Source: Pararhodonellum marinum
Lineage (GTDB): Bacteria; Bacteroidota; Bacteroidia; Cytophagales; Cyclobacteriaceae
Assembly: GCF_015354735.1 (NCBI RefSeq)
Contig: NZ_JACEFJ010000019.1
Coordinates: forward strand, 17,093 to 81,092
Direction: 5' to 3'
DNA length: 64,000 nucleotides
This document shows positions 19,477 to 28,731 of the stretch, one piece after another. Made by a program: the position numbers and the translations under genes. Every line of letters begins with the position of its first letter. Position 1 is the first letter of the stretch. A model generated the notes under the pieces. That model made no database searches, was not told where the DNA came from, and saw only the letters and a list, made by a program, of their open reading frames with translations.

Positions 19477-21279
19477 TTAAAACAAAAGGGAATATTGAAC
19501 GGGCAACCCAATGGAGACCATGAGGGCTTTACCATTTTGGTTGCTTTCCAGGACTGGTTTGGACGGTGATTTCGGATCCAACTGAAGGTAGTATCCTTTG
19601 TCCACCACCCAATAAAGTCCGTCTCTTATCATTTTAATGTCACTGCCTTCTGCAATGGTCAGTCGCTTGTTGCCAGAGGCCCCTTCTACGGTAATGGATC
19701 TGTCCAAACCTTTTCCGTCAGACCTACTCGTGATCAAATCCTTGAATGAAAGCCCTTGGCTAAGGTAACGGTATTCTATGCCATTGTCTTTGACTTGGTA
19801 TCCTTTCGGAATAAACTCCACATTGCCTGACTGAAAAGTGGTACCATGTATGGTTCGGGTTGGATTGCCCAGAAAAACCACTGCGCCCAAGGGCCTGGAG
19901 ACCCCATTGCCTCGTTCATGCCACATAGGTGTAGCATCCAAAAAATCCCCTCTCCACACCTGGGCCAGGTTACCTTTGCTCAGGTCAAAGGAATAATGTA
20001 CTTTTTGGGGACTCGAGACAGATATGGCATGGGTCAATTTTTGGCCATCCGGTAATTCGATGAAACTTCTCAGCATCGGCACCTCCTGGGTATTGACCAA
20101 AATAGGATCTACCTGATTGGAGGGTGCAACCCTACTTTGGGAAAGTGGAGTCATTCTAAGTCCCGGACCAGCAATGCTCAATTCCAATCCCGTTTTGGAC
20201 CAATCATTGGTTTTGGATACCAGAATTTCTATAGGTAAGAGGCCTTTTTCCAGGGCAATGGTTTGAAATTGATATCCCTCTATCAAGGGTAACTCTTTTT
20301 TGCCATTAATTTTCAATCCCGCCCTTCCTGATGGCGCACCCATAAGGAATGTATATTCTCCGGATTCCGGAATGCTGAGATGGCCTTGATAATGTATTAT
20401 GTTTTGTCCGGATGGTGCGGATATCTGATCCGAAATTTCATTTAAACTACCCTCAATCACTGGCTTTAACTGCGCAAATTCAGGTTCCTTATCGAAAAAA
20501 CCCTGATATACTTTGTATTTGAGGCCGGAAAGTTCAGGTAATTCAGTATCAAACTGGGTCACTTGAATGTTTCTGAATGCCACAGCTCCATGATCTCCTT
20601 GGATCCTAATAGGTCCTGTGGCAATTTCATCCGCCACCAAAGCACCCCTCGTAGGGCCGTAAAGTTCCAGATTTTCATGGATCAGGACCCCATTGAGCAT
20701 CACGGAGATGAATTTTGCATTTTTGGTTTTTTGTCCCTGTTCATCAAATCTCGGAGCTTGAAACGATATGGATAGTTGCTGCCATATTCCCGGTGCTTTG
20801 CTTACATTCTGTCTGGGAGCATGACCACCAAAGCCTTTTTGGCCCTCAGGCTTGCTCTCGTCCCACCTTTCATAAATGCCACCCATGTCTCCTGCCCTCG
20901 GATTGGTTTTGGTCCAGCTATCCAAAATCTGAATCTCGTACTGCCCCATCAGGTAGACCCCTGAATTGGAATTGGGAGCCACCATGAATTCCATTTCAAG
21001 ATCGATGTCCCCGAATTTTTCTTTGGAAACGAGGTCTTCACCCTTGTTCTTTTTAGTAGGGAGGTTGACCAAAATACCCTTCCCGTTTTCTATTTTGAGT
21101 ACATTGATTTTGTCCAATTCAGCCATGACTGCTCCGGCTTCCTGCCAAGTACCTTTGTTGGGCTCAAAGGCGGTCAATCCATCCAATTTTAAGGGCTCTT
21201 GGGCAATGGCTGTTGTCAATCCCCAAAAGTAAATGGCGGCCAAGCACAAGGGGATTTTATTTAGACTTTTTATTTTCAT
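19477..21279 (-). CDS. DUF1080 (3-keto-disaccharide hydrolase-like, concanavalin fold) domain protein, secreted
   Basis: Signal peptide. The segment LFDGKTLNGW-type (here LDGLTAFEPNKGTWQ ... GDIDLEMEFMVAPNSNSGVYLMGQYEIQILDSW) is typical of DUF1080. It lies 8 nt upstream of the cytochrome/propeller gene. Confidence 0.55.
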   Translation of the reverse strand: MKIKSLNKIPLCLAAIYFWGLTTAIAQEPLKLDGLTAFEPNKGTWQEAGAVMAELDKINVLKIENGKGILVNLPTKKNKGEDLVSKEKFGDIDLEMEFMVAPNSNSGVYLMGQYEIQILDSWTKTNPRAGDMGGIYERWDESKPEGQKGFGGHAPRQNVSKAPGIWQQLSISFQAPRFDEQGQKTKNAKFISVMLNGVLIHENLELYGPTRGALVADEIATGPIRIQGDHGAVAFRNIQVTQFDTELPELSGLKYKVYQGFFDKEPEFAQLKPVIEGSLNEISDQISAPSGQNIIHYQGHLSIPESGEYTFLMGAPSGRAGLKINGKKELPLIEGYQFQTIALEKGLLPIEILVSKTNDWSKTGLELSIAGPGLRMTPLSQSRVAPSNQVDPILVNTQEVPMLRSFIELPDGQKLTHAISVSSPQKVHYSFDLSKGNLAQVWRGDFLDATPMWHERGNGVSRPLGAVVFLGNPTRTIHGTTFQSGNVEFIPKGYQVKDNGIEYRYLSQGLSFKDLITSRSDGKGLDRSITVEGASGNKRLTIAEGSDIKMIRDGLYWVVDKGYYLQLDPKSPSKPVLESNQNGKALMVSIGLPVQYSLLF

Positions 21280-21491
21280 TTTACGAAAGGGTATTTAGCT
21301 AAAAGGTTATTCAAAGGTTTGTAAAGATGCTCCAAAGGCCCTTATTTTCCAAACAAGCAACCTTAGAAAGGTGTTTTTTAGCAATGAGGGCATCTCCGAT
21401 GCTGAGGTTTTTTAGATCCAAGTGCTGATGAAGAAACAGTTGAATTGTTTACTAAGAAATCAAGAGAAAAATGGATGGGGTGGTGCCAAGT

Positions 21492-22172
21492 TCATTTTTC
21501 CCGGGTAAATGGAACAAAACGAACAGCCCCCAACCGAGTGGTCTTGATTTTCCCGTTCTTGTTTTCCAATCGAACCAATTCCTGAATGCTGTCTTGTGAC
21601 CCAATAGGAATGATCATGATACCTCCTTCTTTGAGTTGGGCCAGTAGGGGGGCTGGTGGACTTTCCGCCGCCGCAGTAACTAAGATGGCATCAAAGGGAC
21701 CCCTTTCCGGCCAGCCCTGAAATCCGTCGCCAATCTTTACCCTTACATTTTTGTAACCTAGGTTTTTCAAGTCCTCCTGAGCTTTTTCCCCCAAAGAGGC
21801 TATAATTTCCACTGAATATACTTTATCTACTATTTCTGCCAAAACCGCTGCCTGATACCCGGATCCCGTGCCTATTTCGAGCACTTTCATGTCGTTTTTT
21901 GGCTGAATGAGGGAAGTCATGTAAGCCACCATATAGGGTTGTGAGATGGTCTGTCCTTCACCTATTGGCAAAGGTCGGTCCTGATAAGCGTATTCTGCAA
22001 GTTCTTTTGGTACGAGGAGGTGGCGAGGCACCTTCCTCATGGCCATTAGGACCTCAGGATTTTTGATTCCCCTGGCAGCAATTTGGGTTTCCACCATTTC
22101 TATCCTTCTGGCTTGGAATGGGTCTTCTTGAGCGATAAGCAAAAACAACAGTAAGATCCAATGGTTCTTCAT
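21492..22172 (-). CDS. pcm: Protein-L-isoaspartate(D-aspartate) O-methyltransferase
   Basis: GQTISQPYMVAYMT ... VLEIGTGSGYQAAVLA ... DAILVTAAA are the canonical PCMT motifs. Start chosen at MKNHWILLLFLL; the ORF track extends to 22232. Confidence 0.85.
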   Translation of the reverse strand: MKNHWILLLFLLIAQEDPFQARRIEMVETQIAARGIKNPEVLMAMRKVPRHLLVPKELAEYAYQDRPLPIGEGQTISQPYMVAYMTSLIQPKNDMKVLEIGTGSGYQAAVLAEIVDKVYSVEIIASLGEKAQEDLKNLGYKNVRVKIGDGFQGWPERGPFDAILVTAAAESPPAPLLAQLKEGGIMIIPIGSQDSIQELVRLENKNGKIKTTRLGAVRFVPFTREK

Positions 22173-22515
22173 AAGAATGGCATTTTTAACCTTGGTTCTT
22201 CTAAATTTACCAATAGGGACAGTGAGATGCAAATGAGGTTATTTGAATCATGGTCTTTCCTTGCTGGAGATCCATATTCCAAAAGGATTGTTACCCCACA
22301 TCATTACTTATTAAGTTCAAATTAATTAGCTCCCTCTGCTGTAATTTTGGAAAGCCGCTTGTTTTTTTTACATAAATTGCAGGCAGTTTTCAAAGGAATC
22401 CCTTTGGCATCAGAATGCCATGCTAAAAAAGCTCCTGTTGAAATATGCTGTACCCATACGCTCATACACCTTTGATTTGATGATTGGATTTCGAATGCAT
22501 ACTATTATGCGTCTT

Positions 22516-24645
22516 GGCATAATGACGCTGCTTGCCCTTCTTTCTGCGAAACAGCTATCGGCACAAAACAATCCCGATACCTTAACTACCAGGCAGCTTG
22601 AACAAGTCACCGTAACCGCACAAAAGCAAACTGAAAACCTACAGGATGTACCTGTCAGCGTGACTTCATTTGGTGCTATGGAAATCCAAAATTTACGTTT
22701 ATGGAACAATGAAGGGCTTTCCGGTTTTGCGCCGAATCTATATGCGGCACATTCCGGTGATGGCCGAACCGTGATGGGCATTCGGGGAATTGCGACCACT
22801 TCCTATGATCCGGCTGTAGTCACTTACATTGACGGTGTGTTGCAGTTTGGTCTGGACACCTATTTCAATACTTTGCTGGATGTGGAGCGGATCGAGGTAT
22901 TAAGAGGTCCTCAAGGCACACTATATGGCCGCAATGCCATGGGAGGGGTGATCAACATCATCACCCAGCAGCCTACCAATACCACCAAAGGTTTTGTTGG
23001 CGTGGATATTGGAAATTATGGACTGCAGCGGTACAGCGCCGGCATCAAAACCCCATTGGTCAAAGACAAGTTGTTTTTGGGCGTTTCGGGACTATGGGAA
23101 AACCATGACGGTTTTTTTACCAATGATTTTGATGGTTCAAAATTTGATCGACGAAGGGCCTTGATGGGCAATTATTACCTCCGCTATTTGGCCACAAACC
23201 GACTTGCTTTTACCCTTAACCTCAAACACAACAACAACCGGAATTTCGGTGCTTTTCCCCTCGCTGGCAGCATCGAACAGGCACTTGAAAATCCTTTTAG
23301 GGTGAATCAGAATGCAGTTACCCGAATGGTGGATGATGTATTCAATGTTTCTTTGAGTGCAGAGTATACTGCAGAAAACTACACCCTCACTTCCCAGACT
23401 GCCTTCCAATCCAATTACCGCATTTATGAAGAGCCTATAGATGGGGATTTTTCCCCACTTGACATCGTGTCCATTGTTAATAATTTTGGAAGGGAGTGGA
23501 ATAGAGTAAAGGTTTGGACCCAGGAAATCAGGCTGGCCTCTGTCAGAAAACCTGAAACCAAAATTTCATGGCATACCGGTGTATTTGGATTTTTGCAGGA
23601 TGATCCTGTAAGACAGGGAATTTATTTTGGCGAAAATGCTGACCTTTTTGGATCTCCGTTTACTGATTTTACCCAGATCACTACCAATGTGGGGAATAAT
23701 TATGGTATGGCTTGGTTCGGTCAGGGGACCTATCACCTTGATCCCAAATGGGATGTCACTTTTGGTCTACGTTTTGATTATGAAAGCAGGGAATTGACCG
23801 CAAATCAGGAGGTTATTTTTGGAAGCAACCCACCTATCCTGACTCAGGGAGATACCACGGGAAAAGCCAGTTTCAATGCGTTTTCTCCTAAAGTCATCTT
23901 AAGCCGTAATTTGGCTGAAAACCGCCTGCTTTTCTTATCATACAGTAGAGGTTTTAGGGCAGGTGGTATTACCCAGCTTTCCTCAGATCCCGGCGAAATT
24001 CCGCTTCTAGGTTTTGACCCGGAATTCAGTGACAATTTTGAGTTGGGGTTCAAAAGTGACTGGATGGATAATAGGCTGCGTTGGAATGCAAGTCTCTTCT
24101 ATACCTTGGTCAGTGATGTTCAGGTGCCTATCCTGATTCTGCCAGATGCCATCGTGGTCACCACCAATGAGGGCAGTCTCATAAGCAAGGGAGTAGAATC
24201 TGAGTTGACTGGATTGATCGGTAAAAAAACAATGCTTTCCTGGAATGTAGGCTTTACAGATGCCCGGTTTACGAATCTGAATTTAGGTGGGGAAGGGAAC
24301 GGTGAAGATTTAAGTGGTAACAGACAGCTGTTCACTCCTGATTTTACCTCTTCACTAATCGCTCAATATCAGACTGATATCAGCAGTGAGAAAAATTTGA
24401 GTTTAATTGCCAGAGCGGAATGGATATGGATAGGAAACACCTACTATGATTTGGCCAATACCCTGAAACAAGATCCCTACCACTTGGTCAATTCCCGCAT
24501 TGCTTTGAGAAAAGACAAGTTGGAATTGGCGCTGTGGGCGAGAAATATGCTGGATACCAAGTATGTGAATTTTGCTTATAACTTCGGAGCTGCCCACCTT
24601 GGCAACCCGGCCACCTTCGGGCTTTCTGCGAGGTTTGACTTTTGA
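22516..24645 (+). CDS. TonB-dependent receptor
   Basis: Signal peptide (MRLGIMTLLALLSAKQLSAQ), a plug-domain motif region, a long beta-barrel and a C-terminal ...GLSARFDF ending in Phe. The track ORF starts earlier, at 22420. Confidence 0.8.
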   Translation, partial: GIMTLLALLSAKQLSAQNNPDTLTTRQLEQVTVTAQKQTENLQDVPVSVTSFGAMEIQNLRLWNNEGLSGFAPNLYAAHSGDGRTVMGIRGIATTSYDPAVVTYIDGVLQFGLDTYFNTLLDVERIEVLRGPQGTLYGRNAMGGVINIITQQPTNTTKGFVGVDIGNYGLQRYSAGIKTPLVKDKLFLGVSGLWENHDGFFTNDFDGSKFDRRRALMGNYYLRYLATNRLAFTLNLKHNNNRNFGAFPLAGSIEQALENPFRVNQNAVTRMVDDVFNVSLSAEYTAENYTLTSQTAFQSNYRIYEEPIDGDFSPLDIVSIVNNFGREWNRVKVWTQEIRLASVRKPETKISWHTGVFGFLQDDPVRQGIYFGENADLFGSPFTDFTQITTNVGNNYGMAWFGQGTYHLDPKWDVTFGLRFDYESRELTANQEVIFGSNPPILTQGDTTGKASFNAFSPKVILSRNLAENRLLFLSYSRGFRAGGITQLSSDPGEIPLLGFDPEFSDNFELGFKSDWMDNRLRWNASLFYTLVSDVQVPILILPDAIVVTTNEGSLISKGVESELTGLIGKKTMLSWNVGFTDARFTNLNLGGEGNGEDLSGNRQLFTPDFTSSLIAQYQTDISSEKNLSLIARAEWIWIGNTYYDLANTLKQDPYHLVNSRIALRKDKLELALWARNMLDTKYVNFAYNFGAAHLGNPATFGLSARFDF

Positions 24646-24667
24646 GCAGGATTGGTCTGAAAAATTA

Positions 24668-24990
24668 TTGCACGCAAAGGTGCAAAGGCGCTAAGAAAAA
24701 AAGGGAGGTAAAGGTTTTTTTGGATAGCTGAAACTTTTTGTTTTGAGTTAGGGGCTTTTTAATTGCACGCAAAGGCGCAAAGACGCTAAGAAAAAAGGGG
24801 AGGTAATGGTTTTTGGTTAGCTGAATCTTTTGTTTTGTTAGAGGCTTTTTAATTGCACGCAAAGGCGCAGAGACGCTAAGAAAAAAGGGAGGTAAAGGCT
24901 TCTTGGCCCAGCGGAATCTTTTATTTGAGATAGGGACTCTTTAATTGCATGCAAATACGCAAAGGCGCTAAGAAAAAAAGGAGCTTATAA
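24668..24990. repeat. Tandem array A: ~3.5 copies of a ~93-bp unit (TTGCACGCAAAGGCGCAAAGACGCTAAGAAAAAAGGGGAGGTAATGGTTTTTTGGTTAGCTGAATCTTTTTGTTTTGAGTTAGGGGCTTTTTAA)
   Basis: Directly visible head-to-tail copies with point substitutions. Confidence 0.85.
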
Positions 24991-25300
24991 TTAATTAACA
25001 CAGTGCTTTCTTTTTTTTTGAAAAATATTGACTTTTAATGAATTACAAAAAATGGTTATCTGCTTCTTTGCCAGTAACACAATATTCTTCTTCAAACGGG
25101 ACGGAAGTCGGCCTTTAGTCGGGCAGGCCCGCCTTTAGTCGGGCAGGGGATGTGCCGGGATTTCAGTTCGCTGGTGATAATTATATTGAATTACCATTTT
25201 ACTGGCATCATTGCGTACCTACATATTACAAAAAAAACTTTGCGTCTTTGCGCCTTTGCGAGAAACCAGTTTCTTTACTCCTCTGCGAGAGAAACAATGG
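24991..25300. repeat. Repeat tail B (~310 bp), duplicated at 26733-27055
   Basis: It contains a GC-rich hairpin microsatellite (GCCCGCCTTTAGTCGGGCAG x2) and the inverted complement of the array core (CTTTGCGTCTTTGCGCCTTTGCG). Confidence 0.8.
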
Positions 25301-25448
25301 ATTTTGATTATTTTATCTGGATTATTTATATTTAGAATTATTTAGGTATTTAATCGTTGACAAAATTGCCTTCATAGTCTTTCGCTTTTGCGAAAATAAA
25401 TTTTTGTTTTTTTAAGAAGTTTTTAGTGCTACACTCACTTTTATATTT

Positions 25449-25826
25449 ATGACAGAAAATGAGCTTTCAAAAACCATTGTAGACACCTGTTACCGAATTC
25501 ATGTGGAATTAGGTCCGGGTTTGTTTGAGTCAGTTTATGAAGAGATTTTAACTTACGAATTGATTCACAAAGGATTGTTTGTTTCGCGGCAGCAGGCCAT
25601 ACCTGTCTATTGGCATGATGTTAAAATGGATCAGGGATTTCGTGCTGACTTGATAGTGGAAAATAAAGTGCTGATAGAGGTAAAATCTGTTGAGTCCATT
25701 GCACCCGTCCATCAAAAACAAGTATTGACTTATTTAAAGCTTTCTGGCTTAAAGCTTGGGTTGTTGATTAATTTTAATGAGGTATTGTTAAAAAATGGAG
25801 TTAGCCGGATAGTAAATAATCTTTAG
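25449..25826 (+). CDS. GxxExxY protein (PD-(D/E)XK nuclease-fold family)
   Basis: The N-terminal TCYRIHVELGPGLFESVYEEIL contains the G-x-x-E-x-x-Y motif. Downstream D...E.K residues fit the PD-(D/E)XK pattern (ADLIVENKVLIEVKS). Confidence 0.75.
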   Translation: MTENELSKTIVDTCYRIHVELGPGLFESVYEEILTYELIHKGLFVSRQQAIPVYWHDVKMDQGFRADLIVENKVLIEVKSVESIAPVHQKQVLTYLKLSGLKLGLLINFNEVLLKNGVSRIVNNL

Positions 25827-25833
25827 TTGACAA

Positions 25834-26732
25834 TTGCACGCAAAGGCGCAGAGACGCTAAGAAAAAAAGGGAGCTAAAGGGCTCCTTGGGCTAGCTGAAT
25901 CTTTTTGTTTTGAGTTAGGGGCTTTTTTAATTGCACGCAAAGGCGCAAAGACGCTAAGAAAAAAGGGGAGGTAATGGTTTTTTGGTTAGCTGAATCTTTT
26001 TGTTTTGAGTTAGGGGCTTTTTAATTGCACGCAAAGGCGCAGAGACGCTAAGAAAAAAGGGGAGGTAATGGTTTTTTGGTTAGCTGAATCTTTTTGTTTT
26101 GAGTTAGGGGCTTTTTAATTGCACGCAAAGGCGCAAAGGCGCTAAGAAAAAAAGGGAGGTAAAGGTTTTTTTGGATAGCTGAAACTTTTTGTTTTGAGTT
26201 AGGGGCTTTTTAATTGCACGCAAAGGCGCAAAGACGCTAAGAAAAAAGGGGAGGTAAAGGTTTTTTTGGATAGCTGAAACTTTTTGTTTTGAGTTAGGGG
26301 CTTTTTAATTGCACGCAAAGGCGCAGAGACGCTAAGAAAAAAGGGGAGGTAATGGTTTTTTGGTTAGATGAATCTTTTGTTTTGAGTTAGAGGCTCTTTA
26401 ATTGTACGCAAAGGCGCAAAGGCGCTAAGAAAAAAAGGGAGTTAATGGTTTTTTGGTTAGCTGAATCTTTTGTTTTGAGTTAGAGGCTTTTTAATTGCAC
26501 GCAAAGGCGCAAAGACGCTAAGAAAAAAGGGGAGGTAATGGTTTTTTGGTTAGCTGAATCTTTTGTTTGAGATAGGGGCTTTTTAATTGCACGCAAAGAC
26601 GCAAAGGAGCTAAGAAAAAAAGGGAGGTAATGGTTTTTTTGGATAACTGAAACTTTTTGTTTTGAGATAGGGGCTTTTTAATTGCACGCAAAGGCACAAA
26701 GGCGCAAAGAAAAAAAGGACTTATAATTGATT
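25834..26732. repeat. Tandem array A': ~9.5 copies of the same ~93-bp unit, starting 8 nt after the GxxExxY stop
   Basis: Copies are directly visible. Two sub-variants alternate (GGTAATGG / GGTAAAGG). Confidence 0.85.
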
Positions 26733-27055
26733 TACACAGTGCTTTCTTTTTTTTGAAAAATATTGACTTTTAATGAATTACAAAAAATGGTTATCTGCTT
26801 CTTTGCCAGTAACTCAATATTCTTCTTCAAACGGGACGGAAGTCGGCCTGTAGTCGGGCAGGCCCGCCTGTAATCGGCCAGGTCCGTCTTTTGTCGTGCG
26901 GGCCCGCCTTTAGTCGGGCTGGGATGTGCCGGGATTTCAGTTCGCTGGTGATAATTATATTGAATTACCATTTTACTGGCATTTTTGCGTACATACATAT
27001 TACAAAAAAACTTTGCGTCTTTGCGCCTTTGCGAGACACTAGTTTCTTTACGCCG
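26733..27055. repeat. Repeat tail B' (second copy of tail B)
   Basis: It is >90% identical to 24991-25300, except that the GC hairpin microsatellite has 4 units instead of 2. Confidence 0.8.
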
Positions 27056-27196
27056 CTGCTAGAAGGCAATTTCTTTAGGTAGAAACATTTAGAAAAAGCT
27101 GCAAAGAAAAAGGTATATTTTTATTTATTTTACCCTAGATCTATTTCCAAAAACAATTTGTTTAATCCAACAAAAAAATCAGCTAAAGGGTAAGAG

Positions 27197-28033
27197 ATGA
27201 GCATCCAACCACCAATAGTAGTAAAACCGCTTTTTGGTCCTTTAGACGACCTGCTGCTTGACCTTTTAAAAGGACTTTCGGACCAGGATTGGGAAAAGCA
27301 AACCATAGCCAAAGCATGGAAAGTAAAGGATGTAGCAGCCCATTTGTTGGATGGAAACCTAAAGACCCTGAGTATACAGAGGGATGGCTATTTTGGAGAG
27401 ATTGCCCCGGAAAAGCCAACATATGGAACTTTGGTTGAGTGGCTGAATGAGCTAAACGCAAGCTGGGTAAAGGCAGCCAAAAGAATCAGTCCAAAAGTAC
27501 TGATTCATCTTCTTGAAATCACCGGGAAAGAGGTTACCGCCTACTATGAAACTCTACCGGATTATGAAAAGGCGGTTTTCCCAGTCAACTGGGCAGGGGA
27601 GACCCAAAGCCAAAACTGGATGCACCTGGCCAGAGAGTACACCGAGAAATGGCATCACCAACAACAAATAAGAGACGCAGTAGAGGTACCCGGGATTATG
27701 AACAAAGAATTTTATTTGCCGGTGTTGGATACCTTTATGAAAGCCCTGCCTTTTACTTTTTCCCAAATGAAAGCAGGCAAGAATGATATGGTGAAAATAA
27801 GTGTAACCGGAACGGTAGAATCTACTTGGTACTTATCAAAAATCACTTCCGGTTGGCATGTAGGAAAAACAGAGATGCAACAACCTACCGCGACTGTTGA
27901 GATTGATGCTGATTGGGCTTGGAAACTGTTTTCAAAAAGCCTCAGGTCCCATGATATTATGGACAGGGTAAAAATTTCAGGTGAGGAACGGTTGGCCTTA
28001 AGGGTATTGGAAATGGTGTCCGTTATGGCCTGA
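27197..28033 (+). CDS. DinB_2 / maleylpyruvate-isomerase N-terminal-domain (TIGR03083-like) protein
   Basis: The N-terminal W..K..TIAKAWKVKDVAAHLLDGN resembles the MDMPI_N/DinB_2 His-containing helix. Confidence 0.5.
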   Translation: MSIQPPIVVKPLFGPLDDLLLDLLKGLSDQDWEKQTIAKAWKVKDVAAHLLDGNLKTLSIQRDGYFGEIAPEKPTYGTLVEWLNELNASWVKAAKRISPKVLIHLLEITGKEVTAYYETLPDYEKAVFPVNWAGETQSQNWMHLAREYTEKWHHQQQIRDAVEVPGIMNKEFYLPVLDTFMKALPFTFSQMKAGKNDMVKISVTGTVESTWYLSKITSGWHVGKTEMQQPTATVEIDADWAWKLFSKSLRSHDIMDRVKISGEERLALRVLEMVSVMA

Positions 28034-28044
28034 ATGTGCTGAGC

Positions 28045-28515
28045 TTATTCTTCATTGTCATTCCAGATATCATGCGTGGTTTTCCAGGTTCCGTCGGACT
28101 GTTTTTGTAAGATATTGAGGTATTTGGAAGTGGAGGTAGTTTTCTCGCCAGTAGCCTTTGAAATCAAATCAACCTTGGCTTCCCCTCTCCCAAAAGCCAT
28201 ATCTCCAGACACTTCCACCTCCTCGTAATAACTTTCCAAAGAAGTTTCAAATTCATTAAAAATCGCTGCGTAATAGGCCTCTACCTCTTGGGTTCCAGTT
28301 TTAACAGGGCTACCTGGGGCCATTAGCTTTGCATCCCCTGTAAAATATTTGGCTATAGTGGCTGCATCTCCCCGGTTAAAGGCCTCAGCTCTGGCTTTAC
28401 TCATTGCTGTGATGGCAGTTTTATCACTTTCTATATTCTCATCCCCCTTCTGATTAGTTTGACAGGAGAAAAGGAGAAAGGCAAGAAAGCAAAAGGACAT
28501 AAGGTTTTGTGACAT
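28045..28515 (-). CDS. SnoaL-like/DUF4440 (NTF2-fold) lipoprotein
   Basis: Lipoprotein signal (...LLFSCQT). YFTGDAKLMAPGSP ... is typical of DUF4440 / NTF2-like proteins. Confidence 0.5.
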   Translation of the reverse strand: MSQNLMSFCFLAFLLFSCQTNQKGDENIESDKTAITAMSKARAEAFNRGDAATIAKYFTGDAKLMAPGSPVKTGTQEVEAYYAAIFNEFETSLESYYEEVEVSGDMAFGRGEAKVDLISKATGEKTTSTSKYLNILQKQSDGTWKTTHDIWNDNEE

Positions 28516-28731
28516 TTTGGAGATTAGTTTATATATTGAAAGATAGATACTTGTTATATTTTAGGTATCAAAACCCTTTGGCAATGAGCTAAAGGAGGAG
28601 CTACTTTCACAAAGTGAAGGCAATTTAATTGAATATTGCCACAATAGCCATGGACCGCAAAAGTACTACTTGGCTAGGGTTGAAAGTACAAAAAAACCAA
28701 ATTTGAACATTCAAATCCCAACAAAAAACCT

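Noticed and set aside
22420-22515. Upstream extension of the TonB-dependent receptor to 22420
   Set aside because: The signal peptide begins at MRLGIMTLL (22516). The extension would place ~30 non-signal residues ahead of it.
24770-26700. Mini-ORF in each 93-bp unit (GGAGGtaATGgttttttggttagctgaatctttttgttttgagttaggggctttttaa = MVFWLAESFCFELGAF) with an upstream SD-like AAGGGGAGG
   Set aside because: The ATG is absent from about half the copies (taATGg alternates with taAAGg). The SD-ATG spacing is only 2 nt, and Bacteroidota rarely rely on SD. It is most likely coincidental.
24668-26732. Possible CRISPR array (regular ~93-bp periodicity)
   Set aside because: The units are homologous along their whole length and differ by point mutations only. 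There is no alternation of conserved repeat and unique spacer. The period is too long and there are no cas genes in the window. It is a tandem repeat.
24665-27082. ORFs 24665-24862(-), 25150-25335(+), 26732-26998(-), 26891-27082(+)
   Set aside because: They lie entirely inside the repeat arrays and tails. Their sequences are low-complexity translations of the repeats (for example RAIKKPLT twice). They are artefacts.
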